The notes under the pieces were generated by a model that was not told the DNA's origin, made no database searches, and saw only the letters and a list, made by a program, of their open reading frames with translations. From Candidatus Krumholzibacteriia bacterium (GTDB taxonomy: Bacteria; Krumholzibacteriota; Krumholzibacteriia; Krumholzibacteriales; Krumholzibacteriaceae): DNA of 64,000 nucleotides. Both the position numbers and the translations under genes were made by a program. This document shows positions 49,101-59,700 of the stretch, one piece after another. The DNA is taken from the NCBI GenBank assembly GCA_963836185.1, contig CAWIIQ010000001.1:352001-416000 (forward strand), given 5' to 3'. The stretch's first letter is position 1; every line of letters begins with the position of its first letter.

Positions 49101-50372
49101 TACCAGTTTATAACAGGTAGCGGAGTCATGCACTTTATCGGCACGGACTACCAGCAGGTAAAGAATGACACTACATACATCTTCACCGGCTGGGGCGATG
49201 GTGGCGCAGTAACTCGTTACATTACAACCGGAGTGGCGGATACTGTTTTTACTGCCTTTTTCAAGGACTTTACCAGTTGTGCGGTGATCGATTCGATAGT
49301 CGACGTACCAGACGACCAGGGGGGATGGGCGAGGATCTATTTCAAGAGGTCGATGTATGATGCTGCAGACGAGGCCCTGTACCCGATCTCAGGATACAAT
49401 ATATACAGGCGTATCAGTCAGGCCCCTCTTGTATCGAACGTTCTTTCGGGGGGAGAAAAGGTAGACGGAGAAAGACTCTCGCAGTATGTCAGCGATCAGC
49501 CCGGTCCGTTTCCGGTGGCCATGAAGAGCGATGTTTCGGAATACTACCTGTACGATGATCGTCTGTTCATGCTGAGCCGGGATGTTCTGGCGGCAGCGCC
49601 TCCAGGCCTCTGGGAGTTCATTTCAAGCATATACGCGACCCAGCAGGAACAGTATGTTCTGCTGGCGCCTACTCGAGCAGATTCGTCTGCTGTGATACCG
49701 TGGGAGGCGTTCTACATTTCGGCACATTCGACGACGCCGTCGGTCTATTTCGAGAGCCCGCCTGACAGCGGTTATTCCGTTGACAACATTGCACCGGGGG
49801 TGCCGCTCGGCCTTTCGATCGCGTACAACACCGGGAGTGGGAACGAATTGACATGGGTTTCCTCTCCTGAAGAGGATTTCCAGTATTACCGGATATACCG
49901 CGACGCGGATGAGGCTTTCGTGCATGGTCCCGGAAATCTCGTGCACCAGACATCGGATCCACAGTGGACGGATCTGGCGCATGACGGATCGGACGTTTAC
50001 TACAAGGTCACTGCACTGGATTATGCCGGGAATGAGAGTAATCCCGCGTCAGCAGGTGTTACGACCGATGTTGAAGATGCGCAGCTTCCCAATGCGTTTG
50101 CGCTGGGGCAGAATGTGCCCAACCCGTTCAATCCATCGACCACTGTCTACTACAATGTGCCCGAGGGTGGGGGAGATGTTTCCATACGTGTGTTCGACGT
50201 ATCAGGACGGCTTGTGAAGACGCTTGTCGATGGTCAGCAGGCAGCAGGCTCCAGGGCTGTCACCTGGAACGGCACGAACGATCACGGTCAGTCCGTTTCG
50301 AGCGGCATCTACTTCTACCGGATGTCTGCGCCTGGATTTACGAGGACGCGCAAGATGGTACTCTTGAGGTGA
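46107..50372 (+). CDS. 1421-aa secreted protein: 12 FG-GAP/integrin-alpha repeats, ASH-like domain, B-repeat-like domain, DVPDDQGG domain, Fn3-like domain, FlgD-Ig CTD (start uncertain)
   Basis: FG.SV..LGDLDGDG..DLAVGA..DD...GAVWILFL repeated 12 times; ends TRKMVLLR. Confidence 0.92.
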   Translation: MTIVLGRWIVRSSTMPSCGFTVVSTGRGLLVKVYVIILVALLGASVPALDVSAQVQVLDYRLINSLENLADLPLDLDLEMGGALTSLGDLDGDGVDEIVAGADTGIWIIFPDSRGIAKSYVSINETIGGFTGTISSDDDFGCAVEAIGDLDGDGMIDLAVGAMFDDDGGSNKGAVWILFLNTDCTVKSHQKISDTEGGFTGILGNDCKFGSSLGALGDMDGDGVEDLAVGNYLDNDGGDYRGAIWILFLNTNGTVKAYQKVSDLAGGFTGILDDFDCFGVSVTSLGDLDNDGVDDLAVGAHGDDDQYSSAGAVWILFMNSNGTVKANQKISDLDGNFFAPLYTNHYFGADLASSGDIDGDGVEDLMVGAYGDIYGYYGVGRVYMLFLNTNGTVKDYERIDHWSSNFIGSLSNNDFFGYGVSSTGDIDGDGVLDFVVGAWGDDDCVNNSGSVWFLMMNSDGTLKTNQKVSCSVGGLIGMMENYEQFGSSAAAIGDWDGNGVPDIAVGAVKDIERYAREGAIWILLMDSNGEVESYQKISAVSGDFPADIDFNDAFGCAVDSIGDLDSNGYTDLVVGACWDDDGDTDNGAVYVLMMNADYKVDSYVKISDTSGGFTGTLSAGCQFGSSVASLGDLDEDGVSDIAVGAVQDADGGNSGAVWILFLNPNGTVKAHQKISAAAGDFTGVLGTDDYFGSSVANLGDLDSDGIVDMAVGARLDDDGYSNAGAVWILFLDSDGSVKSYQKLSATEGGFPGPEYVDEAFGCDVARAGDLDGDGLQDLLVGAYGDYDGGSVKGLVWVLLLNADGTVRSYSKISDSSGNFSGYITSDDQFGFAVAGPGDIDGNGMNDIIIGAPFDDNGSSATYQRGSIWAVMLEQEPSSCDVSLSSILFEVEGVGSYRDTTITITNAGGYTLSGTISESSDHFSIISGGGAYSIVPDHFLDVTIRYEPLSAGTHYCTIETGDALCTDVSCTGTTTLTVTVATVPPGLLVNVDMAYHTAPYQFITGSGVMHFIGTDYQQVKNDTTYIFTGWGDGGAVTRYITTGVADTVFTAFFKDFTSCAVIDSIVDVPDDQGGWARIYFKRSMYDAADEALYPISGYNIYRRISQAPLVSNVLSGGEKVDGERLSQYVSDQPGPFPVAMKSDVSEYYLYDDRLFMLSRDVLAAAPPGLWEFISSIYATQQEQYVLLAPTRADSSAVIPWEAFYISAHSTTPSVYFESPPDSGYSVDNIAPGVPLGLSIAYNTGSGNELTWVSSPEEDFQYYRIYRDADEAFVHGPGNLVHQTSDPQWTDLAHDGSDVYYKVTALDYAGNESNPASAGVTTDVEDAQLPNAFALGQNVPNPFNPSTTVYYNVPEGGGDVSIRVFDVSGRLVKTLVDGQQAAGSRAVTWNGTNDHGQSVSSGIYFYRMSAPGFTRTRKMVLLR

Positions 50373-50465
50373 TCATCAGCCGGCGTTGTCGCCGGATTAC
50401 CGATAATCATGCGTCGCCCGGATTTCAGAGCGCGTGATGATGTGATCCGGGACAGTCGAAGCGTG

Positions 50466-51429
50466 CTATTCGGATCTGTATTTCGTTTTTATTTTGCCCC
50501 AGGAAGCCGCTTCCTGTCTGTACGGGGCCACATCCCACTGACAGTGCGCCTATCAATCCGCAGGCAGCGCTGTTTGGGTCTTTGTCCGCGACGCAGGGCG
50601 AATCAGACTGAAGGTAGTAATTGTAACTTCCGGGTATTCCGCAATATTGAGGATCGAGAGACAGGTTTCCGTCTATCCCTTCCTGCTGGGAAATCGATCC
50701 GACCCAGTCTCCTCCTGCATTGTTGTACAGGTTTGAACATAAAAGGACCGCCGATCCTCCAGCGGTAGTGGATATCGCAGGACCCAGGGAGCTGTTGGAT
50801 ATGATCGAATATTCGACTATCGCGCTGCTCATGTCCGCGCAGGCGATGGCGGCTCCATAGTCGTATTCTGATTCACACCTGTTATTGTCGAAGGTACAGT
50901 TTGTCACGGTGCAGTTATCCACGAATTCCAGGTAGATGCCAGCTCCTTCGAAACTGCTGTTGTCGTGGAATATACACCACCCGATTCCGACTGTCATAAC
51001 CGTTGTGAAAGCTATACTGCCTCCGTGCCTTGCTTCGTTGCCCCTGAAGATGCAATTGTAGAAGAGCGGCGCACGTCCCGAACAATAGATAGCGCCTCCA
51101 CTGGATGCATGAAATCCGTTCGCGAATGTCATTCCCTGGACCATGACTTCGTGAGCAGAGATGGTCAACGCCCTGCACGTCGAATCACAATCAATGATAC
51201 ATGCTTCGGGATCGTTGGATTCTGACATGAGCATGATCCCGGTAGAGATTGTAAGGTCGACATTTCCAGTTCCGCCGTATGTCCCATCGGCGATCAGTAT
51301 CGTGTCGCCTGCAGAAACAGCATCCAGCGCATCCTGAATTGTGCCGTACTGACCGGGGACTTTCAGGGTATTGGCGGTACATGCTCCTGACAGGACAGCA
51401 AGAACCGCAATAACTGACATGAATTTCAT
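50466..51429 (-). CDS. Secreted right-handed beta-helix protein; corrected C-terminus ...VQTEAASWGKIKTKYRSE*
   Basis: VPGQYGTIQDAL; GGAIYC; GNLSLDPQYC. Removing one base near 50514 gives a TAG stop at 50466-50468. Confidence 0.8.
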
Positions 51430-51511
51430 TGAGATGCCCCTCCCGTTTGACTATTAACGAGAGAGAGATACTACCACAACAGACATCGATATATCAAGGA
51501 AGGCAGTGTGG

Positions 51512-52759
<1,248 letters not shown>

Positions 52760-52775
52760 GGTTAAGCCAGAGCTC

Positions 52776-54014
52776 CTATTCGTATGACAGTGCGACTACC
52801 GGATCGAGTTTTGCCGCGCGCATCGCGGGCAGCAGTCCGGAGACAATGCCCACCGCGAACGAAACGATGATACCGACTATCACTATCGGCACAGACAGTG
52901 ATGCCGGCATGATAGTCGCGTTTATCAGTGCTGCTATCCCGTATGACAACACCAGGCCTATCAGGCCTCCGATCGTGCATAGAGCGCACGATTCGAAGAT
53001 GAATTCTGTAAGGATCATCCTGCGCCTCGCTCCGACCGCCTTGCGAAGGCCGATCTCGCGTGTCCTCTCGGTGACAGAGACGAGCATGATGTTCATCACG
53101 CCGATTCCGCCGACGAAGAGGGAGAAGCTTGTGATGATGAACCCGATCAGTATCACGACACCCATGACGTTGTTGTAGGCGGTCATCAGGCTGTCCATGC
53201 TGTTGATCGAGAAGTTGTCCGGTTCGGTGGGCTTCAGCTTGCGTATCTTTCGCATCTCACTGACCAGTTCGTAACGGAACGCCTCGAGCTGGGCCTGGTC
53301 CGGCGCCTTGGCGGCGATGTCGAAACCCCGGTTCCTGCTTCCGTAGGCTTTCGTGAAGCTTGTAATCGGGATCGATATATGCCTGTCGAAGTTAGGGCCG
53401 CCGAAAAAGCCGCCGCTGCCCTGGGATTCCATCACGCCTACTACACGGAACTTGTACCGTCCAATCTTTATGTCTTTGTTCAGCGGGTCGGCTTCCTTGA
53501 AGAGGTGCTCGCGGATCTCGGAGCCGATGACGCAGATGAACCTGCGATTGTGGACGTCAGAAGCACTGAAGAATCGGCCGTTTTCGGGGACGCCGCTCGC
53601 CACTAGCATCTGCTTGTCGGTGGTCCCTATCACGACTATGTTCTCGAGTACCGTCGAGCGGTACTTGACGTTCCGGGTGGTCGCAGTCGACGGATTGACC
53701 GCCTTCGTGGATTTCAGCCGGCGGGCGAGTTCCTCAGTCTCGTCGTACGTGATCTGCGGGCGGTTTCGGTACTGGAAGAAGTCACCCGTGATTATCCACG
53801 GCATACGCGATACATAGAGGACATCCGAGCCGACAGACGAGATGCTCTCCTTGAAGTTGTTGCCGAGGCCGTTCGAGACAGTCATCGTAGTTGCGATCGC
53901 GAGGATGCCGATGACGATGCCAAGGGTCGTCAATGTCGCCCGTCTCATATTCGACCGCAGCGCCCTGAGGGCGATGCCCATCGATTCCCTGATGTAGTAT
54001 ACAAATGACCGCAT
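52776..54014 (-). CDS. ABC transporter permease (MacB/FtsX family)
   Basis: LTTLGIVIG; GGIGVMNIMLVSVTERTREIGLRKAVGA; PAMRAAKLDP. Confidence 0.92.
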   Translation of the reverse strand: MRSFVYYIRESMGIALRALRSNMRRATLTTLGIVIGILAIATTMTVSNGLGNNFKESISSVGSDVLYVSRMPWIITGDFFQYRNRPQITYDETEELARRLKSTKAVNPSTATTRNVKYRSTVLENIVVIGTTDKQMLVASGVPENGRFFSASDVHNRRFICVIGSEIREHLFKEADPLNKDIKIGRYKFRVVGVMESQGSGGFFGGPNFDRHISIPITSFTKAYGSRNRGFDIAAKAPDQAQLEAFRYELVSEMRKIRKLKPTEPDNFSINSMDSLMTAYNNVMGVVILIGFIITSFSLFVGGIGVMNIMLVSVTERTREIGLRKAVGARRRMILTEFIFESCALCTIGGLIGLVLSYGIAALINATIMPASLSVPIVIVGIIVSFAVGIVSGLLPAMRAAKLDPVVALSYE

Positions 54015-54088
54015 AATCAGTAGCAGAATCAGTAACAGTGTTCAGCGCCCCTGTCGCTCGGGACTTGACGTGGAGCTGTTCGCTGCTT

Positions 54089-55387
54089 TTATATTTTCCT
54101 TCTTCTTCTTCTCTCTTCGCCATCACAGGCGTGTTGTTTCCGAGTTCCTGGCTGATGGCCCGGTAGCTGCCCGATACGATCTCGTCGCCTGCTGTTGATT
54201 CCCTCGACGACTTCAATATGTGTGTCGCTCTGGATACCCGTCTCGACCTGTATGGCCTTCGCCACTCCGTCCTCGATGACGAATACGATCGTCACGAAGC
54301 CGTCCTTGTCCGCTTTGAACTGCGGTTCGGATGTGCTGTCCGCGTGAGCGTCTCCGAGGCCGCTGTCCCTGGCTTTTTCGGGCTCCTTCGTCTTGAGCTG
54401 TTCGGGGGTACGCACCGTGACGCACTGTATCGGAACGCATAGTGTGCTGTCGCGTGTCTCGATTACGATGTCGGAGCTGGCCGTCATCCCGGGGCGAAGC
54501 TTCTCGCCCGGGTCGATGATGGCGAGCTTGACCTCGAACTCGGTCTTCTGGTCGGTCGAGCCCATGCCGGAGATTCGGGCGCTGCTGGCGATCTCGCTGA
54601 CGATGCCCTTGAAGATCCTGTCGGGCAGGGCGTCGATCTCGATCGAGGCGCTGTCGCCGAGGCTCACGTTGACGATGTCGTTCTCGTCGACATTGACGAG
54701 CGCTTCCATCTCGCCGAGGTTCGAGACGATCATGATGACGTCTTCCTGGAACTGCGAGCCGAGCGCGATCTCGCCCACTTCCTTGTTGAGCACGCTGATC
54801 GTGCCGGCCATCGGCGCGTATATCGTTGTCTTCGAGAAATTGTCCCTCGCCTGCTTGACGGCAGCCTGGGCCTGGTCGACATTCTCGAGGACCGACTGGT
54901 ACCGGGCCTGCTCGATCTTTACGGTCGAGAACATCTGGTCGTACACGGCCTCCGACTCGAGGTTGCGTTCTACGAGTGTCTTGGTCCGCTCGAGGTCCTT
55001 CTCGGCCTTGACGACCGTCTCGCGGGCGAGCTCGGCGCTGGCCTGGACGGAGCGGAGGCTGGCCTCGGTCTGCTCGAGGGCCGCGATGTAGCGTTCCTGG
55101 TCGAGGCGGACGAGCAGATCGCCCTTCTCGACCCAGTCACCCTCGTTTACGCCAAGAAAGATGATCTTGGCGGCCACATCGGCGCTGATCTTCACCTTTG
55201 TCGCCGGTTCGATCCTGCCTGTGGCAGTTACAGTCTCAATTATCCCCTGTTTTTCGGCTAAAATGGTCTGAACACTTGTTTTAGTTGTTCCATTCTTGTT
55301 CGCCATAACCACAACAATGGCGATCACGACGACTGCAACTGCCGCTAGAAATATGATCCGCTTCTTCCCTAACTTGAATCTGGACAT
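54089..55387 (-). CDS. Efflux periplasmic adaptor (MacA/HlyD-like); frameshift near 54200, exact end uncertain
   Basis: VTATGRIEP; VNEGDWVEKGDLL; TTIYAPMAG; LRPGMTA; VETGIQ. Confidence 0.9.
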   Translation of the reverse strand: MSRFKLGKKRIIFLAAVAVVVIAIVVVMANKNGTTKTSVQTILAEKQGIIETVTATGRIEPATKVKISADVAAKIIFLGVNEGDWVEKGDLLVRLDQERYIAALEQTEASLRSVQASAELARETVVKAEKDLERTKTLVERNLESEAVYDQMFSTVKIEQARYQSVLENVDQAQAAVKQARDNFSKTTIYAPMAGTISVLNKEVGEIALGSQFQEDVIMIVSNLGEMEALVNVDENDIVNVSLGDSASIEIDALPDRIFKGIVSEIASSARISGMGSTDQKTEFEVKLAIIDPGEKLRPGMTASSDIVIETRDSTLCVPIQCVTVRTPEQLKTKEPEKARDSGLGDAHADSTSEPQFKADKDGFVTIVFVIEDGVAKAIQVETGIQSDTHIEVVEGINSRRRDRIGQLPGHQPGTRKQHACDGEERRRRRKI

Positions 55388-55471
55388 CGCCTTCTGCTCC
55401 CTGCTCTGAATACCCGATCTGTCTGGCTATAGTATATACCGAATCCCTCAATAAAATATTCGACACTCATT

Positions 55472-55499
55472 TATACGGGTGGGGGAGGGAATAGTTGCA
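55472..55499 (-). promoter_or_regulatory. ECF (SigW-like) promoter of the efflux operon
   Basis: Minus strand TGCAAC-16 nt-CGTATA. Confidence 0.55.
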
Positions 55500-56009
55500 A
55501 TGAGTTTTGTTGCGGTTGACGACAGTGGATTCTGTTGATACTCTGCCATGAGTGTAATCCTAAGGACATTTCAATTATGAGACTATAATGCGGATTAATT
55601 TTATTTGGGGACTTGTCGTTAGATGTCTAATATGAAACTTGTGGTTTGAACACGAAAGTGAACAAACTGCACAGCCTGAATGCTATACAAAAATATGATT
55701 AACTTAGTGGACTCCGGGATTGTTGAGGCATGCCAATTTCTCACCATGATTTACCGAGGACTCTCAAATCAGTTTGGGAATTGATTTATTCGGGTAGAAA
55801 AATGGTTAGGAGGTACATGCAAAAACAACAGAACGATACATGTAAGTACGTATGAACATCAAATATGGAGAGATGTGCGGTTGATTAGGTAAAAGAAAGC
55901 ATTGATTAGGATATCGAATTTAGATCGAGTCCTCCGCTTTCTTATAACTGTAGAGATTGCGTGAGATTAAGTTGTTTCGATATGCAAAGCTTTTAAGAAC
56001 GGAGGACAC

Positions 56010-56735
56010 ATGTTAGCGACTATCCACGAATTGCTGAGTTCAAAAAGTGCAATAGTGATCACTTTGCTTGTTGTGTTAAGCACTCTTTCAGGTTCAAGCA
56101 CAGGGCAAGGAGTATCTGATGAGCAAGATACGGTTGCTGTATGTGGGGGTGGTGGTGGTAATCTCAAGTCCTCAAATAGCGAAATTATTTCAGTCAACAC
56201 AGGTTTTGTGTCATACGAACAAAGCTCGGATGTTAAGTGGCCTGTGTCAATGTTAAAGCCAAGAAACTTTGACGAAAAGTGCATATATTTATGGGCTGAT
56301 TCGTATGGGATATGGACGATATGGAGTGAAAAAGTAACGTCTGATTTACTTAAATTGCAAGTCACCTCTGATTGCGGAATTCGAATTCTTAGTGTGAATA
56401 GTAGCAATATAGGTGATGTTTGGGAAAAGTCGCTTGTCCTCAGAGAAATCCTTGCTAACAATATTGGGGAAGTGAATCTTACTTTTGAGATTTGCGATAA
56501 TCGATTACATTTAGAATCCTTGAATAGCCTCAAAGAAGCACCTATATCGTTAAAGCAGGTTCTGGAGAGTTCACTCCAGCTTACTATCCGTTGGTCATTG
56601 AACTACCACAAAAAGACGATACGATTCCAAAAGAACACACGTAGGCAAAAAGCTGCGCTTGGAGCTGCAAAGAGCAATGAGGGTGTAGGTAAAGGGAAGA
56701 AAGAGGAGCAGGTAAATTATGATAGTGAGAAATAG
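56010..56735 (+). CDS. Hypothetical secreted protein, possibly the N-terminus of the downstream giant gene
   Basis: GGAGG RBS and a signal-like hydrophobic stretch; no family recognised. Confidence 0.5.
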   Translation: MLATIHELLSSKSAIVITLLVVLSTLSGSSTGQGVSDEQDTVAVCGGGGGNLKSSNSEIISVNTGFVSYEQSSDVKWPVSMLKPRNFDEKCIYLWADSYGIWTIWSEKVTSDLLKLQVTSDCGIRILSVNSSNIGDVWEKSLVLREILANNIGEVNLTFEICDNRLHLESLNSLKEAPISLKQVLESSLQLTIRWSLNYHKKTIRFQKNTRRQKAALGAAKSNEGVGKGKKEEQVNYDSEK

Positions 56736-59700
56736 TGGTAATGGGAGAATATTCAAACAATACAGCGCCATCTTGCTTTTCCTTGCGGCCATTCTTAGCC
56801 CCATTAGTTTCGTTGCTCAAGAAGGCTCTATTGTAATTTTTGATCTTACTAACGAAATTGTTTTACAAAATGGACCTAATCAAATCGTAGATGATTATGC
56901 ACAAGGCAAGAAATGGGTGGCATATTTTCATGCAAGCATTCCTCATGCAGGCGGAGGACTGACATTCTCTATTGATTTGGCCGATATTTAGAAATATCGC
57001 CGGAAGGTAAGCAGGTTGGGTGACATTATGGATGGACGTTGATTTTAGTTTTGGGCTGGGCCTTCCTTTTGGTTTTGGAGTTATGCGAAGGGAATTTGAC
57101 GCGAACACGCCTGATGATCATACGTCTTTATATGATTGTAGTGTCGGAGGGTCAGTACCCTTTATAAGTGTTGAATCCCTAGGAGTGTCATCATCTGGTA
57201 GCGCTAAGCTATATTCTGCCAGCTTTAATAATCAGATGGAGTTAGGCGCAGGCATGGGATGTCAATTTCATGGAAATACAATAGAAATAAAGAGGGAATT
57301 GCTAGATTTCCTAATCTATCAGGCTATGGTGCCAGGAGTAACGGCGAATAATTTCGCGGCATCTCTTATATCTCGCATTATGAATCCTGTGGATATTTCA
57401 ATAACTGAGCTTATTACTTCATTTCGATTAACGACTAGTCAAGATGATGATGAATTCTACATGATTGAAGATATCCGTTATGATTATTTAGTGGTCGGCG
57501 AGTGGAGTAATATTGAAGTAGATGTTTATGTATTAGAGTCCGATTATTATAAGATGGAAGTGAGATCAGATGTTTTAGCTAGTCCTTGGCCACCATGGGA
57601 TTGGCAGGCGCGTGTAATTGAGAATGTGTATCTATATGCGAACCAGCGAAATACTATAACGTTGCGCGTCAAACCAGATACTGAAACAGGAGAAATTGCG
57701 GGTCTGGTTATATCAAAGAGATGGACCAATTACTTGGGATATTGTATGGAGAGTCAAATCCATACGAATTTAATACTGTTTCAACGATTCCTGACAGAAA
57801 TCCCCCAAGAGTTCTTTAGTCACAAACGCTGGCACAAATCCCGATACAAACATTGACGATGTTATTTTTAGTGAAGAGATGGCAGAGTTTTCATTTTCCA
57901 ATGGCACAGTCATTGTGCAGGGCAGTATGTCAGGGATTCATGATGTTTCTATGCAATACGATGAAGTCAGCTCAGAAACTTGCTCTCGATCCGACAACGA
58001 ATTTCTCGAATGACGAAATAGTAACAGTTAGTATATCACAGTTCGTACAAGACGTCGCCGGAAACGATCTTGGGAGTGACTATATTTACAGCTTTGAGGT
58101 TACTTCTGCGCCGAGTCCTGATCCTAGTGGTATTACATTAAACGCAAGTGTCACTCCTAGTTCTAGTGTGCCGGCATTCTCTCATATCATAGTATCGGGT
58201 ACAGCTCAGTATAACACTGGAAGTCCTGTGACTACAGCGACAATTCAGATAGACACGGGAGATAATGTATACACAGCGCCATTGACGAATGGGACGTATA
58301 GTCAGGATTGTGTTGCGCCCTCTGGCAGTAGGAATATTGTTATAAGTATATATGGTGATCCCTTTGGACTTCAAACCTCAGTAAGTAGATATATTTCTGT
58401 TGAAGGGGAAAGTCCGGGTGGCGATCTGTATGATTTTGGGAGAGCAACAGCTTGTATGGGTGTTTCTGGGGATCCTTGGTTGCCGATAATTGAAACCAGA
58501 TATTATAGTAGATATGACGGGAGAGCTTATGTCTGGATTGAGTTAAATGATGTGTATATTGATGGTGGTTATGATGACGACATCTTGTATAAATGGGAGT
58601 ACTATACACCAGCTGGCAGTGAATTGGATCCGGTTACTAGTTTTGTAAGTGATCCAAGAAATGACGACTATGAATATTGGGAATGGTGGAGGGATTATTC
58701 ATACATAAGTAATTTTGGCGGTAGTCCCGGTCGATGGACGTGTCTGTTCTCTGTAAATGAGGGGAATGGATACGAACTTCAGAGTACGATAGAGTTTACT
58801 GTAGGGTTTGAATATTCTGAGAATCGAATAGCTAAGGGTGTTAACCAAACTACCTTTCAGCCTATTGATCCTACTAACAGCTTTTCACCTGCCGATGCAG
58901 CAGTATATTCTTGGTGGCAGATCAATAACTTGTGTGAGGATCTGGATCTGAAATGGGAATGGATCGATCCTAAGGGGAATATATATACGACCTGGACAGA
59001 AGAGCCTATGTCAGATCACCATATTGGCCCTGGTTCCTTTGATCCGCCTTATGAAGAATATTTTAGTTATTGCTACATGAACATTGACGGAACTCCGGCG
59101 GTACAAAGATGCGGAACTTGGCAGGTGAATGCTTATGTCAAGAATGTAAGTGGATCTTGGGAATTAGAATATTCAGACAACTTCGAGATCATCGAGGATG
59201 AAGCCCCCTCCTTTACGAGCATATCTCATTATCCAACGGTTCCGTATGAAACGCAAGCGATAGCCGTGAATATCAGTGCTACTGATAATAATCATTTAGA
59301 TAAGATAGAAATATATTGGGATGATGGTTCATTGCATCAACAGTCTGTTGCGTTAAATATTGACAATTCTGAATATAATGGACAAGCATCCATTGGGGTT
59401 TTTGCTTCAGGCCAAGTAGTCGAAGTGTGGGCGGTTGCGACAGATGAATCAGGAAATGTCACTGAAAGTGATAGGATTGTTCTTAATATTCAGGCGGAGA
59501 TAGTTTCTGTGCCTGGTTGTCCAAATGGTCCTCAGTATTTGATGGCAGGCATTGAGGGGGAATATACAACTCAGGGATCTACATCAAGTTTGGGCAATCT
59601 AGTGCAGTATCGCTTTGATTGGGGCGGTGGCATGATATCGGATTGGAATAGTCCGGTTAGAACTAATGCTTGGTTCATTGATGATGTGTATTCAGTCAAG

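Noticed and set aside
36260-50372. Similar 3' regions as a DGR template/variable repeat pair
   Set aside because: Differences are mostly synonymous and not adenine-specific, and there is no reverse transcriptase in the window.
941-50376. Several genes end in TGATC followed shortly by CCGG
   Set aside because: Short, common words in a GC-rich genome, with no longer shared consensus.
31586-50465. Flanking direct repeats around the 31800 and 46107 genes
   Set aside because: Only 5-7 nt matches (gatcaac, acacccg, cagcc), which is chance level. The repeat pattern is therefore not universal among CTD genes.
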